Translations under genes and position numbers: made by a program | Part shown: piece by piece, positions 18,774 through 27,303 of the stretch | Layout of the letters: the number at the start of each line of letters is the position of its first letter | Numbering within the stretch: position 1 is the first letter of the stretch | Source of the DNA: an uncultured Planctomycetales bacterium | GTDB taxonomy: Bacteria > Planctomycetota > Phycisphaerae > UBA1845 > Fen-1342 | DNA length: 64,000 nt | Reading direction: 5' to 3' | Assembly (NCBI GenBank): GCA_964550375.1 | Contig: CAZJYX010000001.1 | Location: forward strand, 2,049 to 66,048 | The notes under the pieces: model-generated | Told to the model about the DNA's origin: nothing | Seen by the model: the letters and a program-made list of their open reading frames with translations, nothing else | The model's database searches: none

Positions 18774-20036
18774 TCAACCGATCTTCCCCGCCGCGTCGCG
18801 GGCGCGGGTCGCGTCCATCTCGGCGTAGACCTGCGTAACGGCTAGGCTCCGGTGGCCGAGCACGGCCTTGGCGACTTCCAGGCCGTATTCCTTCCGCATC
18901 GCCGTTGCGGCTGAGTGCCTCAGCTGGTGGGGGTGCCAGTCCGGAATCTCATCTTCCCCGCGCTCGCGCCGGAGCCGGTTCGCCGTGGCGATGCCGCGCT
19001 GGACGGCCGCGTAGTAGGAGTTCGTCGTCCACCGCTCCCCGGGGAGCTTCCGGGGCCGGGCCTTACGCCGGTTGCGCTGGGACGGCTGGACACGTGTCTT
19101 CCGCCGGCTGCGTAGCTCAACGAAGCGCCGCTCGCGGGCGCGGGCTGGCGAAAACAGGTATTCGGTCAGGTCCATCCGCAGCCAGGGCCGCAAGACCTCT
19201 TGGGCTTTCGGGCCAAGCCGAATCTGACGCTCGTGGCCATGATGCTCGGTTTTGTGAACGCTCGGGGTGTAGCACCAAACCTTCCCGGTCGCGTCGATGT
19301 CGCCGGTCCGCATGATGGTCACTTCGCCGGAGCGCATGCCGGTCAGCCGCTGAAGCTCAACCATCGCAGCCACTTCCGGCGCGACGTGCGGTAGCGTCGC
19401 GTCCACAAAGTGATCCGGCACGGGCCGCACTGGCTCGCCTTCGCGGGCGTCAGACCGGCCGCGCTCCAGGTGCTTCACGGCCTGCAGCGCGTGGCACACA
19501 CTGGCCGGGCATAGCTCGTTTTCGACGGCCCAGGCGAACACCCGGCGGATACGTTGGACGGTCTTGTTGACGTGCGTGCGGGTGCGCCCGGCCGCTACGA
19601 ACCGCTCCCGGACGGTCTTGAGCTTCAGGGGTCCGAAGTCGGCCGCCGGCGTGAGCCCGTACAACTCCCGCAGCGGTCGCAGCGCGGCCCGCAGGTGGCC
19701 AAGCTCTTTTTCGCTCGGCTGCCCGTCCCGGTCGCGGTAGTAGCTCTCCGCGAATCGCAGATAGGCCAGTAGCAGTTCGTTCACGGATATGCTCGGCTGG
19801 TCCTCCCCCGGGCTCGGCAGCGTGCGGCCGTGGGCTACCCACTCGGCAATGAGCCGGCTGTACTTCTCCCGGCTCTCCGGGCTGCCGTGGCGTCCTAGGT
19901 AGTGGTCCCGGCCGTCCAGCGTTGTGACGGCCTGCCCGCTGGCTTTGTGGAGCCGGTAGGCGGGGACACGGCCTGCGGCTGCTGCGGGCTTGCGAGGGGC
20001 GTTTCTTGAGCTTCTGCGGGGCGTAGTGCGGGGCAT
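18774..20036 (-). CDS. int: tyrosine-type site-specific integrase
   Basis: C-terminal catalytic domain with HQLRHSAAT...LGHRSLAVTQVYAE (R-H-R-Y signature). Lies adjacent to the tRNA/attR. Confidence 0.9.
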   Translation of the reverse strand: MPRTTPRRSSRNAPRKPAAAAGRVPAYRLHKASGQAVTTLDGRDHYLGRHGSPESREKYSRLIAEWVAHGRTLPSPGEDQPSISVNELLLAYLRFAESYYRDRDGQPSEKELGHLRAALRPLRELYGLTPAADFGPLKLKTVRERFVAAGRTRTHVNKTVQRIRRVFAWAVENELCPASVCHALQAVKHLERGRSDAREGEPVRPVPDHFVDATLPHVAPEVAAMVELQRLTGMRSGEVTIMRTGDIDATGKVWCYTPSVHKTEHHGHERQIRLGPKAQEVLRPWLRMDLTEYLFSPARARERRFVELRSRRKTRVQPSQRNRRKARPRKLPGERWTTNSYYAAVQRGIATANRLRRERGEDEIPDWHPHQLRHSAATAMRKEYGLEVAKAVLGHRSLAVTQVYAEMDATRARDAAGKIG

Positions 20037-20151
20037 GGGCGACCTCCGGATGGGCTACCCGGTAGTACTACCGGGTTTTCCAGCTTCCCGGGCCGCACTG
20101 CCCTACTCAGGCAGGTACGCTAAACCCTGCGTTCGGCACGACTTGGGGCAA

Positions 20152-20226
20152 CGAGGCCGACGGGACTCGAACCCGCAACCTCCGGCGTGACAGGCCGGCG
20201 CTCTAGACCAATTGAGCTACGGCCCC
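20152..20226 (-). tRNA. tRNA-Asp (anticodon GTC)
   Basis: Manually folded 75-nt cloverleaf: acceptor GGGGCCG/CGGCCTC, D arm GCTC-GAGC, anticodon stem CCGGC/GCCGG, loop CTGTCAC, T arm GCGGG-TTCGAGT-CCCGT, discriminator G. CCA is not encoded. Confidence 0.85.
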
Positions 20227-20527
20227 AATCGTTCGCTCACGCTGGTCAGCGTGAGTCCTGAGTCTGGGTATTTTACAGGTCCCGCAGGTTATGTCAAACG
20301 CCGCTATTTCGAGCTGCAAGCGGACGGTGGCGGCCGAACGTGGGCCCGGTTCATTATCTGTCACTGGGTTGCGCCCCGCCCTCGGCTTGCCCGGCCCGAA
20401 AGCGGGTCGGCCGCAGCGCCGATACAACAGATAACGTTGGCTGGCGGGCCGGTGCAGGCTAACGTTGCGCCCCGGCTCTGGAACGCCGGGGCACCGGCGA
20501 CAAGGGGCGAAAGGAGTCCGGAACGTC

Positions 20528-21619
20528 ATGTTAGGCAGGTCAGGCACCGGGCAAGCACGAAAGGTTCGGGTCCTCATCGTTGATGACAGCGCGATGGTGC
20601 GCGCGATTCTGCGCAGCGCGCTCTCACAGCATCCGGGGATCGAGGTCGTGGGACTGGCGACGGACGGCCTGGACGCTCTGGCCAAGATCGCCAGTCTCCG
20701 TCCGGATGTCGTCACGCTGGACGTCGAGATGCCGCGCCTCAACGGCCTGGGTGTGCTGCAGCGCGTCAGCGGGAAGGTACCCGTCAGTTTCGTCATGATC
20801 TCCACGCTGACGCAGGCCGGCGCTCGGGTCACGTTCGATGCTCTGCGCCTGGGGGCTTTTGACTACGTGCCGAAGCCGGAACGTTCCGGCATTGCCGGGC
20901 TGCCGGACTTCCGTCAGGCCGTCCAGGAGAAGGTGCTGGCGGCGGCGGCGGCCAAGGGTCGCAGCAGGCCGGTCGTGAGCGGACGGACGCGCACCGCGGC
21001 GCCCACGCTGCCGCCGAACTGCGCCCGGGGCTGGATTGTAGCGATCGGGATCAGTTGCGGCGGTCCGCAGACGCTGATGGAGATGCTGCCGGCCTTCCCG
21101 AGCGACTTCGTGCCGATTGTCGTGACCCAGCATATGCCGGCGCAGTTCACGGCCACGTTTGCCAGTCGCCTTGACAAGGAATGCGCCATGCGTGTCAAGG
21201 AGGCAGCCGATGGTGATGTGGCGGAACCGGGGCTCATCCTGGTCGCGCCGGGCGATCGCCACTTGGGGCTGCGGCGTACCGGCCTGAACTGGCGGGTGGC
21301 GCTCGATAGCGGACCGCTGGTCTCCGGGCATCGGCCGTCGGCGGACTTCATGTTCTCCTCGGCGGCGCGGGCGTGCGCGCCGCGCTGCGTGGGTGTGATC
21401 ATGACCGGCATGGGACACGACGGGGCCGACGGCATCGTGCGGCTCAAGACGGCCGGCTGCCCTACGATCGCGCAGGACGAAGATACCTCGCTGGTCTACG
21501 GCATGCCGAAGGCCGCGGTGCAGACCGGGCACGTGGACCACGTGGTGCCGCTGGCGCGGATACCACATGCCATAGCGCGGGTGATCGGCAAGGGGGCCTG
21601 TGCCGAGGCGAGAACGTGA
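20528..21619 (+). CDS. cheB: chemotaxis response regulator protein-glutamate methylesterase
   Basis: N-terminal receiver (VLIVDDSAMVR) plus C-terminal CheB methylesterase domain (GISCGGPQTL, MTGMGHDGADG). Confidence 0.9.
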   Translation: MLGRSGTGQARKVRVLIVDDSAMVRAILRSALSQHPGIEVVGLATDGLDALAKIASLRPDVVTLDVEMPRLNGLGVLQRVSGKVPVSFVMISTLTQAGARVTFDALRLGAFDYVPKPERSGIAGLPDFRQAVQEKVLAAAAAKGRSRPVVSGRTRTAAPTLPPNCARGWIVAIGISCGGPQTLMEMLPAFPSDFVPIVVTQHMPAQFTATFASRLDKECAMRVKEAADGDVAEPGLILVAPGDRHLGLRRTGLNWRVALDSGPLVSGHRPSADFMFSSAARACAPRCVGVIMTGMGHDGADGIVRLKTAGCPTIAQDEDTSLVYGMPKAAVQTGHVDHVVPLARIPHAIARVIGKGACAEART

Positions 21620-21914
21620 TTGTGCGTGGTGTCGGTAGGTTGTGTTATGGGACCGGCGATCCGGAGCCCCGAAAGGCGTGCGGCCCAGCGGGCGGGAAAA
21701 ACGCCGCTGGCATGGGATGTGGTGTACCGGGCAGCCGTTAAACGACCTGGCAGTCGCGCTAGTCAACGCGGCCGGAGGTCCGGTCGATGAAGAGGCCGGA
21801 TTGCATTCCGTGGCGGCCAAGCGTGCGTGTCAGCGGATTGCATGGTAGTCGGCGCGGGTCTGCGCATGAGTGATCTTGGCGACCTGAGAGGGGCAGGGTC
21901 GCGGAGGCTGAACC

Positions 21915-22376
21915 GTGGATGTTTCCTACGTGAACCCCTTTGTCGAAGCGGTTGATGCCGTCTTCCAAACCATGCTTGACGTGCACCCCAAGCGGAACGC
22001 GGTGAAGATCAACAGTCAGGAGAAGCGCGGCGAGCGTCTGACGTCGCTGATTGGCATCAGCGGCCGGATGAGCGGCTGCGTGGCGCTCTGCTTCCCGCCC
22101 GAGACGGCCTTGCGGTTGTCGGGTCGGATGCTGGGCAGCGAGATCACGCAGGTCAACGACGAGGTCATCGACGCCATCTCGGAACTCGTCAACATGGTAG
22201 CCGGATCGGCCAAGGCCAAGTTCAACGCCGACCCGCCGTTGGAGCTCGGTTTGCCCACTGTCGTGGAGGGTTCGGGCTATCGCGTGAAATACCCGAGCAA
22301 GTCCGTCTGGCTGGAAGTACCCTTCAGCTCGGACGCCGGGGATTTCAGCATGGAAGTCACCTACTGCCCGAATTGA
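21915..22376 (+). CDS. cheX: CheX/CheC-like chemotaxis phosphatase
   Basis: MDVSYVNPFVEAVDAVFQTM N-terminus and ELVNMVAG motif typical of CheX. Confidence 0.7.
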   Translation: MDVSYVNPFVEAVDAVFQTMLDVHPKRNAVKINSQEKRGERLTSLIGISGRMSGCVALCFPPETALRLSGRMLGSEITQVNDEVIDAISELVNMVAGSAKAKFNADPPLELGLPTVVEGSGYRVKYPSKSVWLEVPFSSDAGDFSMEVTYCPN

Positions 22377-22385
22377 CGCATTGAG

Positions 22386-22769
22386 GTGCAGCTAATGAAA
22401 GCACTGGTGGTCGACGACTCGATGACTATTCGGCGAATCGTCATCAAAGCGCTCGGAATGGTGGGTATCAACGAGACGACCGAGGCCGGGGACGGTGTCG
22501 AGGCCCTGGAAGCGGTTAACCGCGGCGGAGATTTCGGGCTGATCCTGCTGGACTGGAACATGCCCAAAATGAGCGGCATCGACACGCTGCGTGCGCTGCG
22601 CCAGGCCGGCAACACGACCCCCGTCATCATGGTCACCACCGAGGCGGAAAAATCCCGCGTGATCGAGGCCATTAAGACCGGCGCCAACGATTACCTCATC
22701 AAGCCCTTCTCGCCGGACCAGTTGGCGGCCAAGGTCAAGAACGCGATCGGGGCCGGAGCCCCCGGCTAG
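22386..22769 (+). CDS. cheY: CheY-like single-domain response regulator
   Basis: ALVVDDSMTIRR...ILLDWNMPKMSG...DYLIKPF. Confidence 0.85.
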   Translation: MQLMKALVVDDSMTIRRIVIKALGMVGINETTEAGDGVEALEAVNRGGDFGLILLDWNMPKMSGIDTLRALRQAGNTTPVIMVTTEAEKSRVIEAIKTGANDYLIKPFSPDQLAAKVKNAIGAGAPG

Positions 22770-22992
22770 CGCGATTCACCCGGCATCCGGCCGGTCTGGC
22801 CGGCGAACGACCGGCCGCCGCGTCAACCGCCCGCTTACTGGTCGGCCTGGACTTTGGCGTATAGGATGCCGCCCGGTTGCGGACTGGTCCGTTGACGGTC
22901 CTCGATGTTATGGCGCCCGCCGCGGTCCGAGCGGCTTCGCACACCCGCGCTGCGCCGGCCGCCCCGGGAGCCGGCCTCGTCCGGTAACAAGC

Positions 22993-24603
22993 ATGCGCCT
23001 GGTCGTTCTGCAGCACGAAGCCAAGGTCGCGGACTTCGTCTTTGGTACGGAGGCCGTCTACGTCGGCACGCACGCCGACAACCGCGTGCAGTTGGCGGAT
23101 CCGCGCATCGCGGAGCGGCAGCTCGTGCTGTATCCCGAGCGCGACGGCTGGGCAATTGAGCAGTTGGCCGCCCAGTGCGAAGTCCACATCAACACGGCCA
23201 CGTTGCGCGACAAGGCCAGGCTCTCGACGGGGGACGAGATACGCCTGTGCGACTACACGATCCGAGTCTATCCCGAGCAAGTCGAGCAAGTGGCCGCACA
23301 GGCCGGCCTGGGCACCTCCAAGGCGCAGCTCGAGCGCTTCGCCGCCTCGCGTCTGCCAACCGGTACGATCATCAAGAAGATCAACGAGCCGCTCACGGTG
23401 CAGCCCGACCAGGTCATGCGTCTGGGCGAACTCAACGTTCTGCTCGGGCAATGCACGCTCATCCCGGAACTGATGGATGTAGCCCTCCAGGCGCTGCTCC
23501 AGACGTTTGCCGCCCCGCGTGCCTGGATTGGTGTGCGGCGCTATACGTACGGGCCGCTGGACTACGTCGAGGGCCGCCTGCTGTCGGGGCAGACCACGGA
23601 TTTGCCCGACTTTGCGCAGGTGCTAAAGCCGCGGGTGCTGGATCGGATCCAGTATCTGCTGGTGCCGGTCTTCAGCCGTACGGAGCGCGTCTCCGCCCTG
23701 GCCGGTCCGCTGCGGTCGGCGGATAGCGCAATCGGCATGGTGTATATCGACACGGGCGAGACGGGTCGGCGGTTCAACGCTGAGGACATGGATTTCTTCA
23801 TCCTCTTCTCGAACGTCGTTGCGGCCCAACTGGCGGCGATTCTCAAGCATTCGGCGGCCGGCCGTGTGGCCCTTGTGGAGGGGCAGGTGGCCGTCTCGCA
23901 CGAGATCCAGGCCCGGGTCACGCCGCGCAAGCTGCCCCAGTGGCCGGAACTGCAGTTTGGTGCGTTCCGGGAGACGGGGCTTGAGAAGACGGGGGACGTC
24001 TATGACGTCGTGAAGCTCCGGAATGGGATCGCGGCATTCATGGTCGCGCATACGACGGCGACCGGCGCGATGCCGAGCATGCTGATGGCCCAGGCGCAGG
24101 CCGCGTTTCGCGTCGCCGGCATGCACCAACACGGGCCCAACGTGTTCCTGCGCTCGCTGAATTGGCTGCTGTACGACGGCGAGAAGGACCATCCGCTCGA
24201 TTGCTTCGTGGCACAGATAGACCCCGGGAGCGGCCAGATGCAGTACTGCCTGGCCGGCCAGACCGGTGCCTTCATCATCAATAACCGTGGGGAAGCCCGC
24301 CGACTCGGTCCGGACGAGCCGGCGCCGCAGCTCGGGCTGTCGCAGTCGTCGGTCTATGCGGTGTTGCCGGAACAACTTGAGCCGGGCGAAACGGTGGCCG
24401 TGTACACGCCGGGCGTCGTAACGGCGCGGAACCGTTCTGGCGACAGTTTCGGAGAAGAGCGGTTCGTGGAGATTCTTTGCGACGGCTTCGGCCAATTGGC
24501 GAGCACGATGCTGAAGGAGATGTTATCGGACCTCAAAGCCTTCACTGAAGGGGGAGTTCAACCCGAGGACATCACCGTTCTCCTCGCGCATTACGCCGGC
24601 TAA
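22993..24603 (+). CDS. FHA-GAF-PP2C (SpoIIE/RsbU-like) serine/threonine phosphatase
   Basis: N-terminal FHA (VYVGTHADNRVQLADPRIAERQLVLY...GDEIRLCDYTIRV), central GAF-like region, C-terminal PPM/SpoIIE phosphatase (GDVYDVVKL...AFMVAHTTATG). Confidence 0.75.
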   Translation: MRLVVLQHEAKVADFVFGTEAVYVGTHADNRVQLADPRIAERQLVLYPERDGWAIEQLAAQCEVHINTATLRDKARLSTGDEIRLCDYTIRVYPEQVEQVAAQAGLGTSKAQLERFAASRLPTGTIIKKINEPLTVQPDQVMRLGELNVLLGQCTLIPELMDVALQALLQTFAAPRAWIGVRRYTYGPLDYVEGRLLSGQTTDLPDFAQVLKPRVLDRIQYLLVPVFSRTERVSALAGPLRSADSAIGMVYIDTGETGRRFNAEDMDFFILFSNVVAAQLAAILKHSAAGRVALVEGQVAVSHEIQARVTPRKLPQWPELQFGAFRETGLEKTGDVYDVVKLRNGIAAFMVAHTTATGAMPSMLMAQAQAAFRVAGMHQHGPNVFLRSLNWLLYDGEKDHPLDCFVAQIDPGSGQMQYCLAGQTGAFIINNRGEARRLGPDEPAPQLGLSQSSVYAVLPEQLEPGETVAVYTPGVVTARNRSGDSFGEERFVEILCDGFGQLASTMLKEMLSDLKAFTEGGVQPEDITVLLAHYAG

Positions 24604-24793
24604 GCAACCGCCGATTCCCGTGGCGTTCGCCAGGGTGGTGGCGGGCCTGACGGGACCAGTGGTTCGCGCTCGTCCTAGGGGCGTGGGGGCGGCCGACTAA
24701 GGTCCCACAGCACCAGCATCCGATGGGGAGCATGTCGGGTCTGCCCGACGGGTGGTTACACGTGTGTACCAGCTTCATTCTGAGGAGATAGCA

Positions 24794-25654
24794 ATGGCGC
24801 TTCGACAAGTGCTGGCGGGCCTGGCCGTAACGTGTGTTGCCGTCTGTTCTGCGACAGCCGGGACCGCATCAAGAGTAGATCCGGCCGTGCTTTATGCGCG
24901 CGGCTGCGAGTTGCTCCGTACTGGCGATATTGACGGTGCCTACGACACCCTCTACACGGCGGTGCGTTTCGATCCCGACAATGTGCAGTACCGGGAGCAG
25001 TCCAGCCACGCCCGGCAGATGGTGTACTTGCGCAAGCAGCTCAAGACAGCACAGTCGTCAGCCCAGTGGCTGAATTACGCCAACGAGCTGCACGAGTACT
25101 ACTGCCGGCACTGTCCGCAGGATCCCCGCATGCAGGCGCTGACGCTGGCGCTTGAGATTCACAGCCGCGAGGGTTCGGCGGAGTCAGCGGCCCTGTTGGC
25201 GCGCACGCGGCTGCAATTCGGGTTGAATTCCGACGCCGCCGAAGGACTGCGCACGGTTACCCAGCAGAAGGTCGATACGCAGCTGCGGTTGCTGATGGGC
25301 ATCGCCTTGGCGCGTGAAGGCCACACCGCTCAGGCGGAAGCGCTGTTGAAGAACCTCAAGGTGTCGTCGCAGGGTGGGTTCCAGTTCTACTACGATCTGG
25401 CGCGGCTTCAGGCCGGCGTGGGCCAGAATCAGGCGGCGCTGAAGTCCCTGACAAGGTCCTTTGAACAGACCCCACCCAGTCGACTGGAATATGCCCGGCA
25501 GGCCGCCCTGGAATGCGCCGATTTTGCGCGGCTCAAAGAGCACTCCAACTTCGCCAACGTCTTGGCGACGGAGTCGAAGCGCTCTGAGACTGTGTCGAAG
25601 GAACCGGCCAAGCAGCAACGCGTGCGGCGACCGGGACCCGCCTTCCGACCCTGA
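24794..25654 (+). CDS. secreted TPR-like repeat protein
   Basis: Signal peptide MALRQVLAGLAVTCVAVCSATAG; helical repeat composition. GAGGAGA RBS before ATG 24794. Confidence 0.5.
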   Translation: MALRQVLAGLAVTCVAVCSATAGTASRVDPAVLYARGCELLRTGDIDGAYDTLYTAVRFDPDNVQYREQSSHARQMVYLRKQLKTAQSSAQWLNYANELHEYYCRHCPQDPRMQALTLALEIHSREGSAESAALLARTRLQFGLNSDAAEGLRTVTQQKVDTQLRLLMGIALAREGHTAQAEALLKNLKVSSQGGFQFYYDLARLQAGVGQNQAALKSLTRSFEQTPPSRLEYARQAALECADFARLKEHSNFANVLATESKRSETVSKEPAKQQRVRRPGPAFRP

Positions 25655-26695
25655 GCGGGCGGGGTTGACTCGTCCGGGCCGGGTGGCCTTCGTGGCCGCC
25701 GACCGGGTTTGAGACGGTGACGGAAAATCCGGGCATCTCGTCGCGAAGGGCGTGGCGGCGGGGTGCCCAAATCTTTGTCGTCTGGCCGAAATGGACGCAT
25801 TTGGGGGCGCAGAAAAGAAGCCGGTGGAGGGCCATGTCCGCGGACACCGGCCCAGCCACCGGCCGAATAAGGTGCATCACTCATCGTTCGAAGGGGAGCC
25901 TAGCGATGCACACTGCAAAAAGGACGGAAGGACCGCCGATCGGCCGATCCTGCCTCCTGAGCGTTCCCAACTCTGTCGGCGGTGCTCGCGTAGGCGAGGG
26001 CTGGTAGCGAACTCTCCGGCGATTCGGCTCCCGTGAATGACCGGACGCTTACCTTGTGCTCAGTGCCTCGGCTCCCGGCTCCCTTTTGGGAGAAAAGGCG
26101 TCAACCGCTGACTACCTTCCCGACAGGCTCCCATGCTTTTGGGAAGGTGTGCTTCGTCATCCCTCGCGAGACCAGGACAGAGCGTCTCGAGAACACCAAA
26201 TGCTAGGCCGGCTTCCGGCGGGATTTCCACTGTCAGGTCTAAGAACTGCCTGATTTTATAAGTCCTGTTGCGGCATGGTCTTAAGGTGGTGAATGGGCGA
26301 ATTGGCGGCCCTGGGGCAGAATTGGTGGCAGTTACCGGACGCTCGGTGACGCCGTCGCGACGCAATTGCGGTCGGCTTGCCGTACCGGTGGGCAAGTGCC
26401 CTGATTCCGGCGCCCGGTCGGGATGACCTATTAGCCATCGGCGGACAACCCCGCTATATTGCACGGTTTGTAAAGGGGTTAGCCGCCCGTCCCCGGACGC
26501 CCGCGTCGGTTCTGCGGAGCCGGCGTCGCAACCTGTCGGGGGCCGGTGCCGAGCCGACCGGCTCGGCGCCCGGGCTGGCGGCGCAGTCCCTGTTTCCAAG
26601 GGTTCGCAGGTTGCAGCCACCAGGTTCCGCGGCCGATCGATAGCCAACGGCAGGATCGGCGGCGCGGGCAACGCAGCGCACAGGAGTCGGCGTCG

Positions 26696-27259
26696 ATGAT
26701 CAAAGCCAACGATCTTCGCAAAGGGAAGCTCATTTCCCACAACGGTGAACTCTGGACCGTACACACCGCCCAGCACGTCGCCAAAGGCAACAAGCGCAGC
26801 TACATCCAGACGAAGCTCAAGTCGGTGAAGTCCGGCGCGCTCATTGACGTGCGCTTCTCGGTTGATGACCGGATCGAGACGCCCTTCCTGGATACGAAGC
26901 CGTTCGAGTATCTCTATCGGGATGGTGACGATTTCGTGCTCATGGACCAGGCCACGTACGACCAGATCCACGTTTCCGCGGATGTGATGGGCGATGCCGA
27001 CCGGTACCTGAAGGGCAATGAGGTTGTGCTGTGCGGCCTGGTGGACGGGCACGTCGTGACGGCCGAACTGCCCAACACGGTCGAGCTGAAGGTCATTGAC
27101 ACGCCGCCGATGGTGAAGGGCGCCACGGCCACCAACCAGAGCAAGGAAGCCACGCTGGAGACCGGGCTGCGCATCAGGGTGCCGCCGTTCATTGAGACCG
27201 GCGAGCTCCTGCGCGTGGACACTCGCACGGGCGAGTATCTCGAGCGGGCCAAAGGGTAA
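26696..27259 (+). CDS. efp: elongation factor P
   Basis: [22 protein letters not shown]...[13 protein letters not shown]... canonical EF-P. AGGAG 9 nt upstream. Confidence 0.9.
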   Translation: MIKANDLRKGKLISHNGELWTVHTAQHVAKGNKRSYIQTKLKSVKSGALIDVRFSVDDRIETPFLDTKPFEYLYRDGDDFVLMDQATYDQIHVSADVMGDADRYLKGNEVVLCGLVDGHVVTAELPNTVELKVIDTPPMVKGATATNQSKEATLETGLRIRVPPFIETGELLRVDTRTGEYLERAKG

Positions 27260-27303
27260 GCCACACCCCCGGCGCGCGGGGCGCGCCAGGAGCACGAGCG
27301 CCG

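Larger units (their letters stand above)
11523..20193. mobile_element. about 8.7-kb integrative element (genomic island / phage-satellite-like) inserted in tRNA-Asp
   Basis: Bounded by 42-bp direct repeats. Tyrosine integrase next to the intact tRNA. Xis/AlpA-like, Rep-like and phage-related genes all on the minus strand. AT-rich regulatory stretches. Confidence 0.8.

Noticed and set aside
20233-20255. Inverted repeat ctcacgctg-gt-cagcgtgag just beside the tRNA-Asp 5' end
   Set aside because: Short, lies upstream (not downstream) of the tRNA, and no gene ends there; not interpretable as a terminator.
25717-26253. Three 65-96-aa plus-strand ORFs in the non-coding gap
   Set aside because: Overlapping each other in different frames, no start context or domain; more likely a non-coding region (see finding).
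26060-27295. 411-aa minus-strand ORF
   Set aside because: Antisense to efp and to the non-coding gap; no domain-like sequence; composition typical of GC-rich spurious frames.
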